Shown: piece after piece, positions 25,387-37,914 of the stretch
Numbering within the stretch: the stretch's first letter is position 1
Layout: each line of letters begins with the position of its first letter
Assembly: GCF_036365525.1 (NCBI RefSeq)
Contig: NC_090393.1
Coordinates: forward strand, 14,604,201 to 14,668,200
Reading direction: 5' to 3'
Source of the DNA: Heterodontus francisci
Lineage: Eukaryota
DNA length: 64,000 nucleotides
Position numbers and translations under genes: made by a program
The notes under the pieces: generated by a model
Databases searched by the model: none
Told to the model about the DNA's origin: nothing
What the model saw: the letters and a program-made list of their open reading frames with translations, nothing else

Positions 25387-25915
25387 GGCACAAGTCAGGA
25401 GTATGATGGAATTCTCTCCACTTGCCTGGATGAGTGCAGCTCCAATAACACTCAAGAAGCTTGACACCATCCAGGACAAAGCAGCCCGCTTGATTAGCAA
25501 CCCATCTACAAACATTCACTCCCTCCACCACCGACGCACAGTGGCAGCAGTGTGTACCATCTACAAGATGCACTGCAGCAATGTACCAAGGCTCCTTAGA
25601 CAGCACTTTCCAAACCCACGACCTCTACCAACTAGAAGGACAAGGGCAGCACATACATGGGAACACCACCACCTGCAAGTTCCCCTCCAAGTCACACACC
25701 ATCCTGACTTGGAACTATATCGCTGTTCCTTCACTGTCGCTGGGCCCAAATCCTGGAACTCCCTTCCTAATAGCACTGTGGGTGTACCTACCCCACATGG
25801 ACTGCAGCGGTTCAAGAAGGCAGCTCACCACCACCTTCCCAAGGGCAATTAGGGATGGGCAATAAATGCTGGCCTGGCCAGCGACGCCCACATCCCATGA
25901 ATGAATAAAAAAAAA
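25387..25915 (+). mobile_element. Jockey-group (CR1/L2-related) LINE 3' end
   Basis: KKLDTIQDKAARLI...SLHHRRTVAAVCTIYKMH...WNSLP and tail cccatgaatgaataaaaa. Related pieces at about 22255-22540(+), 27200-28140(-), 38370-39130(+, RT), 39920-40105(-), 49300-49462(-). Confidence 0.8.
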
Positions 25916-27395
25916 ACTGATTTCAGTATTCAACCCCTGTGTTCATGTTTGGATGATGCTATTTTACAGATATGGAAAGGAGGTGTACTTTTAAGCTTGT
26001 TGTCAATTTATTATGATGCATTATTGTTAATTCATGAGCCTTTCAAGCTGGTTTCAATAGTCTGTAACAAAAGAATTCCTTCAGTATCCATTCATTGAAT
26101 ATATCAAGCTGCATTCAACTCCAGAACAATAGCTTATTGCCAGAAGCCTGATGTATTTTGAAACAACATTTGCAAATCCAAACCTCAATATCTGAATTAT
26201 TGAGGTAATTTATTCACTGAAATTTGGTCATGGAATGTTTCTACACACTAAATATTCCCCTGCCCCCAATTTTCTGCCTTCCTTTTCTATAGGTTCTACT
26301 CTGGTATTGCTCCAAGAAGTACCAACTGCCCTCCAGTGCCTTTATCAAATAAAATCCTCGAGTGTGGTGTTGACAAACTATTCAACTATGGGAAACGTCA
26401 CAGCAGAGCCTCATCCCGCCCTCATACAGTGTCCATAGATATGCACTTCCCAACAAGATAGGGGAAGATAGTGCCATTGGTTGGTGATCATGGTCAGGAA
26501 CTCTGCTATTTGTTACCCTCCCCTCACCTCATCACCCCCTCCAACCCTTTGGCTAGTGGGTGCTGAGGCCAAATTTAACATCCTACTGCAGGCTGTGTTC
26601 AAGTAAACTCAGCACTTTCAGGAGAGGAGGGAAGAGAGTTAAAAGGTAAAATAAAGACTAAAAGGAAGGAGTCCTTCAGGAGTTACAAACATCCTGCAGA
26701 ATCGTGACATATATTCTTTCATGCTTCAACAAAGCAAACGCTTGCAATTCCAAGGGTTATGTCTTGATTAAAGGAGAGAAGAAAAATTGAGGCATACTGT
26801 CCCTGTACTCTTTATTGAGAATTTCTTGCTGTCTGACCTCATTTGTACCATGTTTGAGATCACCTTGAAGGTCAACGTGATCAATAGTATGCAACATCAC
26901 GGTTTTTCAATACTATTGATTACCATGACAACTCTAGCTCTTAGGATTGAGCAAAGCAAATGCCAATTACTTTACCCTATGTGTGGGTGTCTGCCCTTCA
27001 TTCTGGTTAACAATGAGGCTGTGCAAACGTAGATTGATATACAATTAAAATAAGAGAAAACAAATTTTGTTTAATCACTGTCATCTTTTCTCAGTTATTT
27101 CCTATTTTGTATATTTTAGTCAGCTGCCTTGCTGGAGCTTTCAGTGGCGTCGAATGCAGCCTGTTTTCAGCGGATGGGTTGGTGGGGTATGGAGTTCACG
27201 TCTGCCGGCCATAAGAAAGAATTGCTGGCGGTGTTTATGTTTGCTGCCTTCACTACTGCTTAGGATAGTCACTCCCTCAGGTGAATTTATGACAAGAATA
27301 TAATGTTGCCTATTCCACCACATTCCTGATGTAAGGCTTGTAGATGGTGCTGAGGCTTTGAGGGATCACCAAGTGAGCTCTTGTCACCACAAGGT

Positions 27396-27760
27396 GCTTC
27401 TCCTTAAAGCAGAGAAGGTTAAGGGGAGATTTAATAGAGTTAAATAAGAAGAAGGTGTTTCTAGTGGCAGAAGAGTCAGTAACCAGACATCATGAATTTA
27501 AGGTAATTGGTATAAGAACCAGATGTGAAATAAGGAAAACTTTTTATGCAGCAAGTTGTTATGATCTGGAAGTGCGGAGGAAGCAAATTCGATATTAACT
27601 TTCAAAAGGGAACTGGATAGATAATTGGATAATTGGGGAAAATTGGCAGGGCTTTGGGGAAAGGGCAGGGGAGTGGGGCTAACTGATAGCTCTTTCTAAG
27701 AGATGTCACAGGCATGATGAGCTGAATGGTCTCCTTCTGTGCTGTATAATTCTATGATTC
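27396..27760 (+). mobile_element. CR1 3' fragment nested in a Jockey-group LINE relic (about 27200-28140, -)
   Basis: gcagagaaggttaaggggagatttaatagag...ttctatgattc tail; host LINE sequence resumes afterwards. Confidence 0.75.
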
Positions 27761-28235
27761 TCCTGCTCTTGTAGTCATGGTGTTGATATAACTGGACCAG
27801 TTAAGTTTCTGGTCAATGGTAACATCCAAATGTTGATGATGCGGGAGTCGGAGATGGTAGTATTGGTCAAGGTGGAGAAGGTGGTTGGAATCTCTCTTGT
27901 TCAAGAAGGTCATTATGTGGCATTTGCATGGTGAGATTGTTAACTGCTACTTGTTAGCCCAAGCTTGAAGGTTGTCCAGATCCTGCTGTGGCCTGGCAGT
28001 ATTGGAATATTTGTGAGCTGAACACTGTGGAATTCCCTGCAAAAGCCTCACTCCTGGCCTTATGATGGAGGGAAGGTCAGCAATGAAGTAGCTGAAGATG
28101 GTTGAGGCAAGATTGTTTCCCTGAGGAACCCAAAACTCACCCGGAGTTAAAATCACGACCTTAGTTGATTATTTTTAATGAACTCAAAACACAAGCAAAC
28201 ATGCCAAAGAGAAGCCATTCCTCCCCAGTTGTACC

Positions 28236-29262
28236 TAGGGTTGCATTCTTGAAGGTTTCATCACATGACCTTGCACAGGGGTCTGCAACCCGTGGCTCTT
28301 CAACATCTCATTTGTGGCTCCCAACCTTTTCCAGTTGGATTGCATTAACATGAAAAAAGCCTAAAAAAAAATTGAGTCAAATAAGTAAGAGTTGTGTTTT
28401 TATTGTGGGGATAAAAGGTTAATCATTATGTTGCACTTTACGGTTTCAAAGGATTTTAATGAAAAGCTCTAAATAAACCTGTTTGAATGGTATAGCTACA
28501 CCATGGTTGTAGATAATGTATTTGGTTTGAGGAACAGGGATTATGATTGTGATCATTATTATTTCTAATGCAGCTGAGATAATAAATTATTCAGAATGTG
28601 CTAGTAGAAGCTTTTTTATCATAAGAATCAATAGCCAAAAAAATTGGCTTAATTCTACACATCTTAGTTGAAGTTTGTTTTAAAGATGACTTTACTGACC
28701 AAATTATATTTAAAAAAGTCAAAGAAAAGTGATAATTCAGAGTAAGGTCTATTTTAATTGCAATTTTTTTCTATTGATACATAATTTCAACACATATACT
28801 ATATTATATATGCAGTGAAGCTTGGCAATTTGCCAAGTATTTGGTTTAGAAACGTTAAATTTTCATCTTGCGGCTCCCAATAGTTTTTATTTTCGGCAAT
28901 TTTTTTAAAAACAGGCTCTTCAGGTAAAAAAAGATTGCCGACCCCTGACCTAGCACTTCAAAGTGTCCCACCAATGGTCCATGTATGGGCATGATGCTTT
29001 CCCAATGGCCAATTGAAAAGGAAACAAACTGTTTGTTATCCAATTGGATTAATCTTCGTGAAATAGCCTTTCCCTAACCCTCAATATCTCCAATATTTTT
29101 ACAACTAACCAATGAAAGTATTTAACGAAAATGAAACACACACAATTTTGTTTAACGCCGCTATAACTTTTTTTCTCCTAGTTTGCTCATAGTCATGTCT
29201 TAGAGATTAATCTTCTTAATTCCGGGAGACTCCAGGACAATCCTGAAGTGTTGGCAACCTTA
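28236..29262. mobile_element. Non-autonomous hAT (Blackjack-like TAGGGTTGC TIR)
   Basis: TIRs TAGGGTTGC / GCAACCTTA; 8-bp TSD GTTGTACC (28228-28235) and GTTGTAAC (29263-29270). Confidence 0.75.
28276..28947. mobile_element. Non-autonomous hAT (Charlie-like CAGGGGTC TIR) nested in the preceding hAT
   Basis: TIRs CAGGGGTCTGCAA / TTGCCGACCCCTG; 8-bp TSD ACCTTGCA (28268-28275) and ACCTAGCA (28948-28955); AT-rich interior. Confidence 0.85.
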
Positions 29263-31205
29263 GTTGTAACGGAGATGGTGGTGTATTCTCCAGTAAGGAT
29301 GACAACTCAGAATCATCTGAAATATTGTAGTCCAAGGGTGGTGTACTCTCTTTTTGTGCTACCAATCTTGTGACTGAGTTGTAACTCACAGAACAAGTCC
29401 CTTTGCTCTGTAGCTAATTGTATTTGAATAGTGAAGGAGATAATTAATATAAAGACAAATATTACAGAATGAGATTAGTTGATTAAGAATTAGTCAACAA
29501 GATTTAGTTAGGTCTCCAATGAGATGGAGGGAAGTGGCTAGTGGGATAAATGTGACTAGATCCAGTATAAGGGACCAAATTTTGGCGAATGTAATGATTC
29601 TTTCCAAAATAAAGGGTGCTGAGTTGGATTATTTGTGGTTGGCTCCAATACATCTCTGGCCATTAATGACAGGAAGTTGTGTTAATGCCCTGTTGCTTAG
29701 CACTTAGGGAAGAAATGATCCTATATCAAGACTGGAGGGATGAGTGTTCAGTGAATTGTCATAACCATGCTGAAGTCAATGTTTGCCATCTTACCACCGG
29801 CCAGCATACTCACTGAGATTAGAACAATACCATTGTTCAGAAGTTTTAAACTGTTAAGAGAGTTCAGGGAGATTCCAGCCAGCCACTTTAGCTCATGCAG
29901 CATTGAAACACTTGACAGTGTTATGAGCTCACAGGACAATAGTCTTGCTTGTACTGTGTCTTTTTTGAACTGCCCTCTAATGGATGCCTGCAGTGAGTGC
30001 CTCATGGTAGAGGTCACATGACTATGGCAAGCCAGGAGGCACATTAATACAGTATTGCATTTCTATGCCAAACATCCTCCTTTCATACAAAAAACAAAAA
30101 AAAAATTGCATGCATCATCATTTGCACTGTGAGTTGCCCAAGTTACCCACTATGCACACAACTGTTCTCATGCGTTAGCAGTTCGTTATCCTCAACAGTC
30201 TCTGCATATGCATTACACATATAGTCTTTAAATCATGCCAGTCTCTTAATGGTGTGCATGCGCTTTGTAGTTGGCTGTTCACATGGGTGATTTTCCTTCT
30301 TCGGGGAGTGTTGTTCCCGTGTCACTTGTTGTTACCGCGGTAACTGTTGTTGTTCCATTTCCGTTGTTGGGGTGCTCTGGATGTCTGGGAATGATGGTTG
30401 AACTGTGGTCTGTGCAGATGGTGAGATCACATCTTCCTGATTGGCCGCCTGCAGTGAAGGAACAGCTTCTCCAGTTGTGCGTATGTGTCTGTGGTTGCGA
30501 CGGTGTATCTGGTCGTTCGCTTTCATTGTGTATGATCGAGGTGACAACTGCTCTACGCAGGTCCCAAGTTGCCACTTGGGCTGACTCTTGTTGTGAGCAC
30601 TGAAGGTTTTGCACCCTGACTGGCTCTCCAACGCTCAATTCTAGCAACGGTTTGGCAGTTTTGTCAAATTGCAATTTGGCTTTCTGCCGTTTCACCTTGA
30701 TTTTGCCACTCACATCAGTTACTACTTCTGGCTTCAGTAGCTTTTTTGCTATTGGAAGAGTAGTTTGGGTGTGGCGTGCCATTAGTCTTTGCACTGGACT
30801 GCTTTCTATGCGTTCGGTAGGTGTAACTATTTGAGGATTGCCTTGTATACATCTGTACTAGATTTGCTCGATTTCTTTATGGTTCCTTTGGTGATTTTCA
30901 CTGCTGACTCAGCCTTTCCATTTGATTGGGAATAGTGTGGAGATGATTTGTATGGCGTTGAATTCCCCAATCCTTTATGAAGCAGCTGAATTCTTCACTT
31001 ATGAACTGAGGGCCATTGCTGGTCATCACAATGTCTGGAATACCATAATGTGCTTTCAGGCATTCTACAATCTCACCGGTAGTTGTTGAGGTCAGCTGCT
31101 CTACCTCCTAGTAATCAGAATAGTAGTCTATAGTAACTAAATAATCCATTTCTGCGAGAGTGAAGAGGTCTGCTCTCAACTTCATTCATAGTCTGTCTGG
31201 GATGT

Positions 31206-32024
31206 TGTTACAAACAGGTGAAAAAGAGGTCTCGGCTTCCCATTCAGCCTTCACCTGGTCTTACTGTAACAGGGTTTTATTTTTAAACACATTGTGTTTT
31301 TAGCTTCCCCTTGGTGAATTTTGTTCACCGCTTTCTAATTATAAGGCAAAGAATCAAGCACAAACAGGCTTTCTTAGGTTTAAAGAAGAAAGGTGAAATT
31401 TTTATTAAACTTAAACTCTAATTCAGTTAATGCCTACGGATACAAGACGCATCCACACAAGCATGCATATGCGATACACACATGCAAATAAAGACAGAAA
31501 AGAGCAGAAGAAAAATAAAGTGGAAAGGTTTGAGGCAATATCTGAAGTGTTGTTGTTATGGTTCTTCAAGCTCACTGTAGAGTCCTTGATGGAAGGGAGA
31601 TTTTGCTTTTCGTTGGGGCCCAGTATTCTTCTTAAACCTTGTTTGCTGTAGGAAACTTTTCTCTCTTGGAGTTCATGTGTCTTCAATCAGTTTTTAGAGT
31701 TCCGTGAGAAAGAGATGGGAGCAGACAGGAGAGAGGAGGTCTGCTTCAGTCCAGGAGCATTCAGCTTTCTCCCAGTTCAAACACTGTCCCTGCAATTTAA
31801 AATTCCCCAAGTTGGCCAGCAGGTTAGTTACGTATTGTATTGGAGCAGGGGATAGCTCCTCTCTTCCAACACTGTTGGTTAATATGCAAAAATGTCTTTC
31901 TAGCCAGGGACCTGGCAAACCCTTGTAACAGGCCTTCTCTTCTTCCCAGCAACAATTTGCAATTTAATGTCCATGTGGCAAAATTAATATGCCTCATTCT
32001 TGGCAGGTGGGGGCCTGCATAACA
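31206..32024. mobile_element. Solo LTR (819 bp) inserted in the Gypsy integrase region
   Basis: TGTT...AACA termini; perfect 5-bp TSD GATGT (31201-31205, 32025-32029); removal restores PLMTHDI-PDR. Confidence 0.9.
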
Positions 32025-33922
32025 GATGTCATGTGTCATCAGCGGCTCTTTAGCTTGCTTAGCTTGGTACTTGTTACACACACTGCACTGGCTGATGTGG
32101 TTCTTGATTTCATTGCTCATGTTTGGCCAGGAGAGCACTTCTCTTGCCTTCCTCAAACTCAACTCAATTCCTTGGTGGCTTGCACGGATGTGCTTTAACA
32201 TCTCTCTTCTCAATTCCTTCGGGATAATGACACTATTTCCTTTATACATGATGCCATCTTGGGCTGTCAATTAATCTCTGTATGCCCAATATGCTCTTGT
32301 GACCACAGGAGTGTCCTTGATGCTTTCAGGCCATTCTTTCATCATTTCTTTTTGCAACACTTGGAGAGTTGCATCTTGTTGGGTAGTTCGTTTGATTTGA
32401 GGAAGGCGCTTGTCTATCAGATTCAATGTCTCTGCTGGGTTGATGACTTCCAGAGCACGTTGAGCTGCAGCTTCACATTGGATCTGGAAGATTTCACACT
32501 CTGTTGTAGCATCCTCTACTTTCTTCATAGGGAGTGCTGCGGTCGACAACATGTCAGTGACGTATCTCTGTTTCCCTTGTCTGTATGTCAATATCTCTGT
32601 AACCGGAGTAACAGTCTTTGCAGATGCTTTGGAGCAGAGAGTAGCGACTTGAGGAAAATGCTTTGAAGTGGCTTGTGATCGGACTCGACTGTCACTTTTT
32701 CTCTTCCAAGTAGGTATTGATAGAAATGTTCACAGGCATAGACAATGGGCAGGCACTCTTTCTCGATCTGAGTGTAGCATCGTTCCGTTTGTGTTAACAC
32801 CCTGGATGCAAATGCAACCGGTTGTTCTTGCTGCATTAGTGTTGCTCCAAGTCCTGTCTCGCTGACATTACACTGCAGGGTAACTTCATCTTTTACCTCA
32901 TAGTATTTCAGCACTGGCATTGCCATCACTTGTTGCTTGATTTTAGTGAATGCTGCTTCTTGTTCTGTGCCCCACACCTCTGCATGTCCTTGGCATGTAT
33001 TTGACTTCGGGCATCTTTAATTGCTATATTTTCTTCTTCAACATCAGGTTCATCTGGCGAGCTCTGTCTAGCAGTCCCACTAGATTTTGAGTGTGGTCAG
33101 AAATAGCTTCTTTCATTGTGTCTCCGCATCCATAAACTAGCCGATCATCCACTATAGCTTCCACTCCAGGAAGATCACTAACCATCTCATGCTGTCTGCG
33201 CTGATACTCCTCTGGAGCCGTGGAAATGCCAAATGCTTGTGTAACCATCTGTATCTCCCGAACAGTGTCCAGATCGTAGTTAGAAAGCTGCTGCTTTCAT
33301 CCAGCTTCACTTGCCAGTAACCATCCTTCACATCTAGGGTAGTGAAGATTTTTACCTTTGCAAATTGTGGCCAAATTCCTTCGATGGTTGACATGGGGTA
33401 GTGTGGTCTCTTCAGAGCTTTATTTAGGTCTTTTGGATTGATGCATACTCTCAGCTTTCCAGGGTGTTTCACTGCTGCCATGCTGCCAATCCATTCTGTG
33501 GGAGTTGTCACTTTCTTGATTACTCCCTTCTTTTCCAGCTCTTCTATCTTGTCTTTCAGGCTGGCCTTGAGAGCAGCTGGAACTTTCCTCGGCAGATGCT
33601 GCATTGGTCTTACCTTCTCATCTACTTCAAGGTGATATTCTCCAGAAAGACATCCTAAACCTGTAAATACATCGTTGTATTCCTCTGGAATCTGTTCCAT
33701 GGTCAATGTTTTAGTGTGCTCTGACATGATGTAAATCTCTTTTTGCACACTGAGGGTTACCAGTCCAAGCTTCAGATTTGCTTTGACTGAGATAAGTGGC
33801 TTTTGCTTACCATCTCTGATCTGGAACTCCAGATCTTCATTCTTGTCATTGCATTGGGCTCTCAGAGTAACTTGTCCTCTTGGCACTAGTGTGGTGCCAT
33901 CATATAGCCCCAACCATACTTT

Positions 33923-35460
33923 CAAAGAACAAAGAACAAAGAACAAAGAAAATTACAGCACAGGAACAGGCCCTTCGGCCCTCCAAGCCTGCACCGATCG
34001 AGATTCTCTATCTAAACATGTCGCCTATTTTCTAAGGGTCTGTATCTCTTTTCTTCCTGCCCATTCATGTATCTGTCTAGATACATCTTAAAAGACGCCA
34101 TCGTGCCCGCATCTACCACCTCCGCTGGCAACGCGTTCCAGGCACCCACCACCCTCTGCGTAAAGAACTTTCCACGCATATCCCCCCTAAACTTTTCCCC
34201 TTTCACTTTGAACTCGCGTCCTCTAGTAATTGAATCCCCCACTCTGGGAAAAAGCCTCTTGCTATCCACCCTGTCTATACCTCTCATGATTTTGTACACC
34301 TCAATCAGGTCCCCCCTCAACCTCCGTCTTTCTAATGAAAATAATCCTAATCTACTCAACCTCTCTTCATAGCTAGCGCCCTCCATACCAGGCAACATCC
34401 TGGTGAACCTCCTCTGCACCCTCTCCAAAGCATCCACATCCTTTTGGTAATGTGGCGACCAGAACTGCACGCAGTATTCCAAATGTGGCCGAACCAAAGT
34501 CCTATACAACTGTAACATGACCTGCCAACTCTTGTACTCAATACCCCGTCCGATGAAGGAAAGCATGCCGTATGCCTTCTTGACCACTCTATTTACTTGC
34601 GTTGCCACCTTCAGGGAACAGTGGACCTGAACACCCAAATCTCTCTGGACATCAATTTTCCCCAGGACTTTTCCATTTACTGCACTCTTGAATTGGATCT
34701 TCCAAAATGCATCACCTCGCATTTGCCGTGATTGAACTCCATCTGCCATTTCTCTGCCCAACTCTCCAATCTATCTATATTCTGCTGTATTCTCTGACAG
34801 TCCCCTTCACTATCTGCTACTCCACCAATCTTAGTGTCGTCTGCAAACTTGCTAATCAGTCCACCTATACTTTCCTCCAAATCATTAATGTATATCACAA
34901 ACAACAGTGGTCCCAGCACGGATCCCTGTGGAACACCACTGGTCACACGTCTCCATTTTGAGAAACTCCCTTCTACTGCTACTCTCTGTTTCCTGTTGCC
35001 CAGCCAGTTCTTTATCCATCTAGCTAGTACACCTTGGACCCCATGCGCCTTCACTATCTCCATCAGCCTGCCATGGGGAACCTTATCAAACGCCTTACTG
35101 AAGTCCATGTATATGACATCGACAGCCCTTCCCTCATCAATCAACTTTGTCACTTCCTCAAAGAATTCTATTAAGTTGGTAAGACATGACCTTCCCTGCA
35201 CAAAACCATGTTGCCTATCACTGATAAGCCCATTTTCTTCCAAATGGGAATAGATCCTATCCCTCAGTATCTTCTCCAGCAGCTTCCCTACCACTGACGT
35301 CAGGCTCACCGGTCTATAATTACCTGGATTATCCCTGCTACCCTTCTTAAACAAGGGGACAACATTAGCAATTCTCCAGTCCTCCGGGACCTCACCCGTG
35401 TTTAAGGATGCTGCAAAGATATCTGTTAAGGCCCCAGCTATTTCCTCTCTCGCTTCACTC
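33923..35460 (-). mobile_element. Young 5'-truncated CR1 inserted in Gypsy pol
   Basis: Near-intact RT ORFs 34677-35354 and 34012-34761 (FADDTK intact), CpG-rich, perfect (TTCTTTG)4 tail at 33923-33950. Removal restores in-frame KMKPS-KVWL with no TSD. Confidence 0.95.
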
Positions 35461-36734
35461 AGAGGGCTTCATTTTTGGATCGCCATGTTGAGCCACTTCA
35501 CACACTTCTGTGAAGGTCATGATGTTGCATGATGCACCGGTGTCTATCTGATACTTAATGTTGACTTGATATTCTCCTTCCGCAGTCATCATTTCAACAG
35601 TGACAAATCATTTATCACCTATCGACCTGCCTGAACCAACCTGTTGTATGGTGTTAGTGATTTGTCAGAATCTTCGGCTGATATCTCTCCAGTGGCCATC
35701 TGTACCTGCTTGTTGTGCTTCCTTCTAGCCAAACACTGGTGTGCAAAATGATTTGGCGTCTTGCAGTGAAAACACTGCCTTCCCCATGCTGGACATGCCT
35801 TCTTTCCTGTTTGTGATGTCTTCTGTAGTATTAGATTCCTGCCCTTTGTCCATGATCTTACTGCCCTTTGGTTTGGAATGTCTATCAGCATATTGCAAGG
35901 CCTGGTCTGTTCTGCCATGAATATGCTCTAGCTGCTGATTTACAACCTTAGCACTTCTGCACATGTCGATTGCTTTCTTGAACGTAAGTTTGTCCTCTCT
36001 CAGTAGCCATGCTGTCACTGTGGGATTTGGTATGCCTAATACAATCCTGTCTTTAATTAGATCATCTTTTAGTTGCGCAAATTCACAGAATTCTGTGAGC
36101 TGTGTTAATGCAGTCACATATTGATCAATGGACTCCTTTTCACCTTGGGCCCTAATATTGAACACATACCGTTCATAAGTTACGTTCACTTTGGGATCAA
36201 AGCGCGCCTTCAAGGCTTTCAAAATTTCTGCTGTTTGTTTTTTTTGTTCTTTGGCGAAGTTTAGCATCATATACATTTTGTAACAGTCTCTCCCCAACAG
36301 TGATAAAAGTGTAGCAACTCATGGCTGCTCTGGTTTGTTAATTAAATCAGTCGCAATTTCATAATTTTGCCATTGCGAGTGGAAAAACTGCCAGTTCTGC
36401 TTCTTATCACCCTTCATTTCGACTGGGGCTGGGGAGGAAGATTTGCAGCCATTGTGTCTTACCAAGTGCTTTTGGCTGTGGTCTGCTTCTTTGTACATTT
36501 TCTGTGGCTTCCTGTGGCTTTTAGCATCTTTCAGCAGCTCTGAACATTCCTGTGTTCCTCTTTTAGTAGCTGTGCTTCTATACAGCTCTTCAACACTCAG
36601 TCTCAGCTGCACTCTGACACCATATTATGAGCTCACAGGGCAACAGTCTTGTTTGTACTGTGCCTTTTTTGAACTGCCCTGCAGTGAGTGCCTCATGGTA
36701 CAGGTCACATGATACGGCATTTTTATCCCAAACA

Positions 36735-37914
36735 GACAGGGTAAACACTGAGAGGTTGTTGCCCCTGGCTGGAGAATCTAGAACGCGGTGACACAGTCTC
36801 AGGACAAGGGGTCAATCAGTTAGTACTGAGATGAGGAGAAATTTCTTCACTCAGAGGGTTGTGAATCTTTGGAATTGTCTACCCTAGAAGGTTGTGGATA
36901 TTCCATCATTTAGTATATTTAGAAATATAGAAAAATAGGAGCAGGAGTAGGCCATTCCGCCCTTCGAGCCTGCACCACCATTCAATACGATCATGGCTGA
37001 TCATCCAAACTCCATACCCTGTTCCCGCTTTCTCCCCATATCCCTTGATTCCTTTAGCCCTAAGAGCTATATCTAACTCTTTCTTGAATATATTTAATGA
37101 CTTGGCCTCAACTGCTTTCTGTGGTAGAGAATTCCACAGGCTCAGCACTCTTTGGGTGAAGAAATCCCTCCTCATCTCAGTCCTAAATGGCTTACCCCCT
37201 ATCCTTAGACTGTGACCCCTGGTCCTGGACTCCCCCGCCATCAGGAACATCCTTCCTGCATCTAGTCTGTCCAGTCCTGTTAGAATTTTGTAAGTTTCTA
37301 TGAGATCTCCTCTCATTCTTCTAAACTCTAGCGAATACAAGCCTAATCGACCCAATCTCTCTTCATACGTCAGTCCTGCCATCCGAGGGATCAGTCTGGT
37401 GAACCTTCGCTGCACTCCCTCCATAGCAAAAACACCCTTCCTCAGATAAGGAGACCAAAACTGCACACAATGCTCCAGATGTGGTCTGACCAAGGCCTTG
37501 TTTAATTGCAGCAAGACATCCTTGCTCCTGTACTCGAATCCTCTCGCTATGAAGGCCAACATACCATTTGTCTTCTTAACTGCCTGCTGCACCTGCATGC
37601 TTACTTTCAGCGATTGGTCCACAAGGACACCCAGGTCTCGCTGCACCTCCCCCTTTCCCAATCTATCGCCGTTCAGATAATAATCGGCCTTTCTGTTTTT
37701 GCCGCCAAAGTGGATAACCTCACATTTATCCACATTATACTGCATCTGCCATGTATTTGAAATAGACAGATTTTTATCTCTTAGGGTATCAATGGATATG
37801 AGTGGATGAAAAAGTAGAATTGACGCAGAAGATCAGCCATGATCATACTGAATGGCGGAGCAGGCTTGAGGGGCTGTATGGTCTACTCCTGCTCCCATTT
37901 CTTATGTTCTTATG
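36735..37914 (+). mobile_element. CR1 3' fragment (+), split by a younger CR1 (-)
   Basis: gacagggtaaacactgagaggttg...tagtatattt resumes at gaaatagacagatttt...ttcttatgttcttatg. Confidence 0.8.
36920..37757 (-). mobile_element. CR1 ORF2 C-terminal 279 aa plus 3' UTR
   Basis: Open ORF 36906-37745 (RDLGV, LVRPHLE.CVQFWSP, WNSLP), 3' hairpin and tagaaa-type tail. Confidence 0.93.

Larger units (their letters stand above)
29919..36734 (-). mobile_element. Gypsy (Mag-like) LTR retrotransposon with both LTRs and two nested insertions
   Basis: LTRs 36623-36734 (5') and 29919-30074 (3'); 5-bp TSD GACAG on both sides; PBS TGGTGTCAGAG (36612-36622, tRNA-Leu type); PPT 30075-30086; gag (TYERYVF, CFHCKTPNHFAHQC), protease, RT (FTTLDVKDGYWQ, IVDD), RNase H (YTQIEKECL), integrase. 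Confidence 0.95.
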
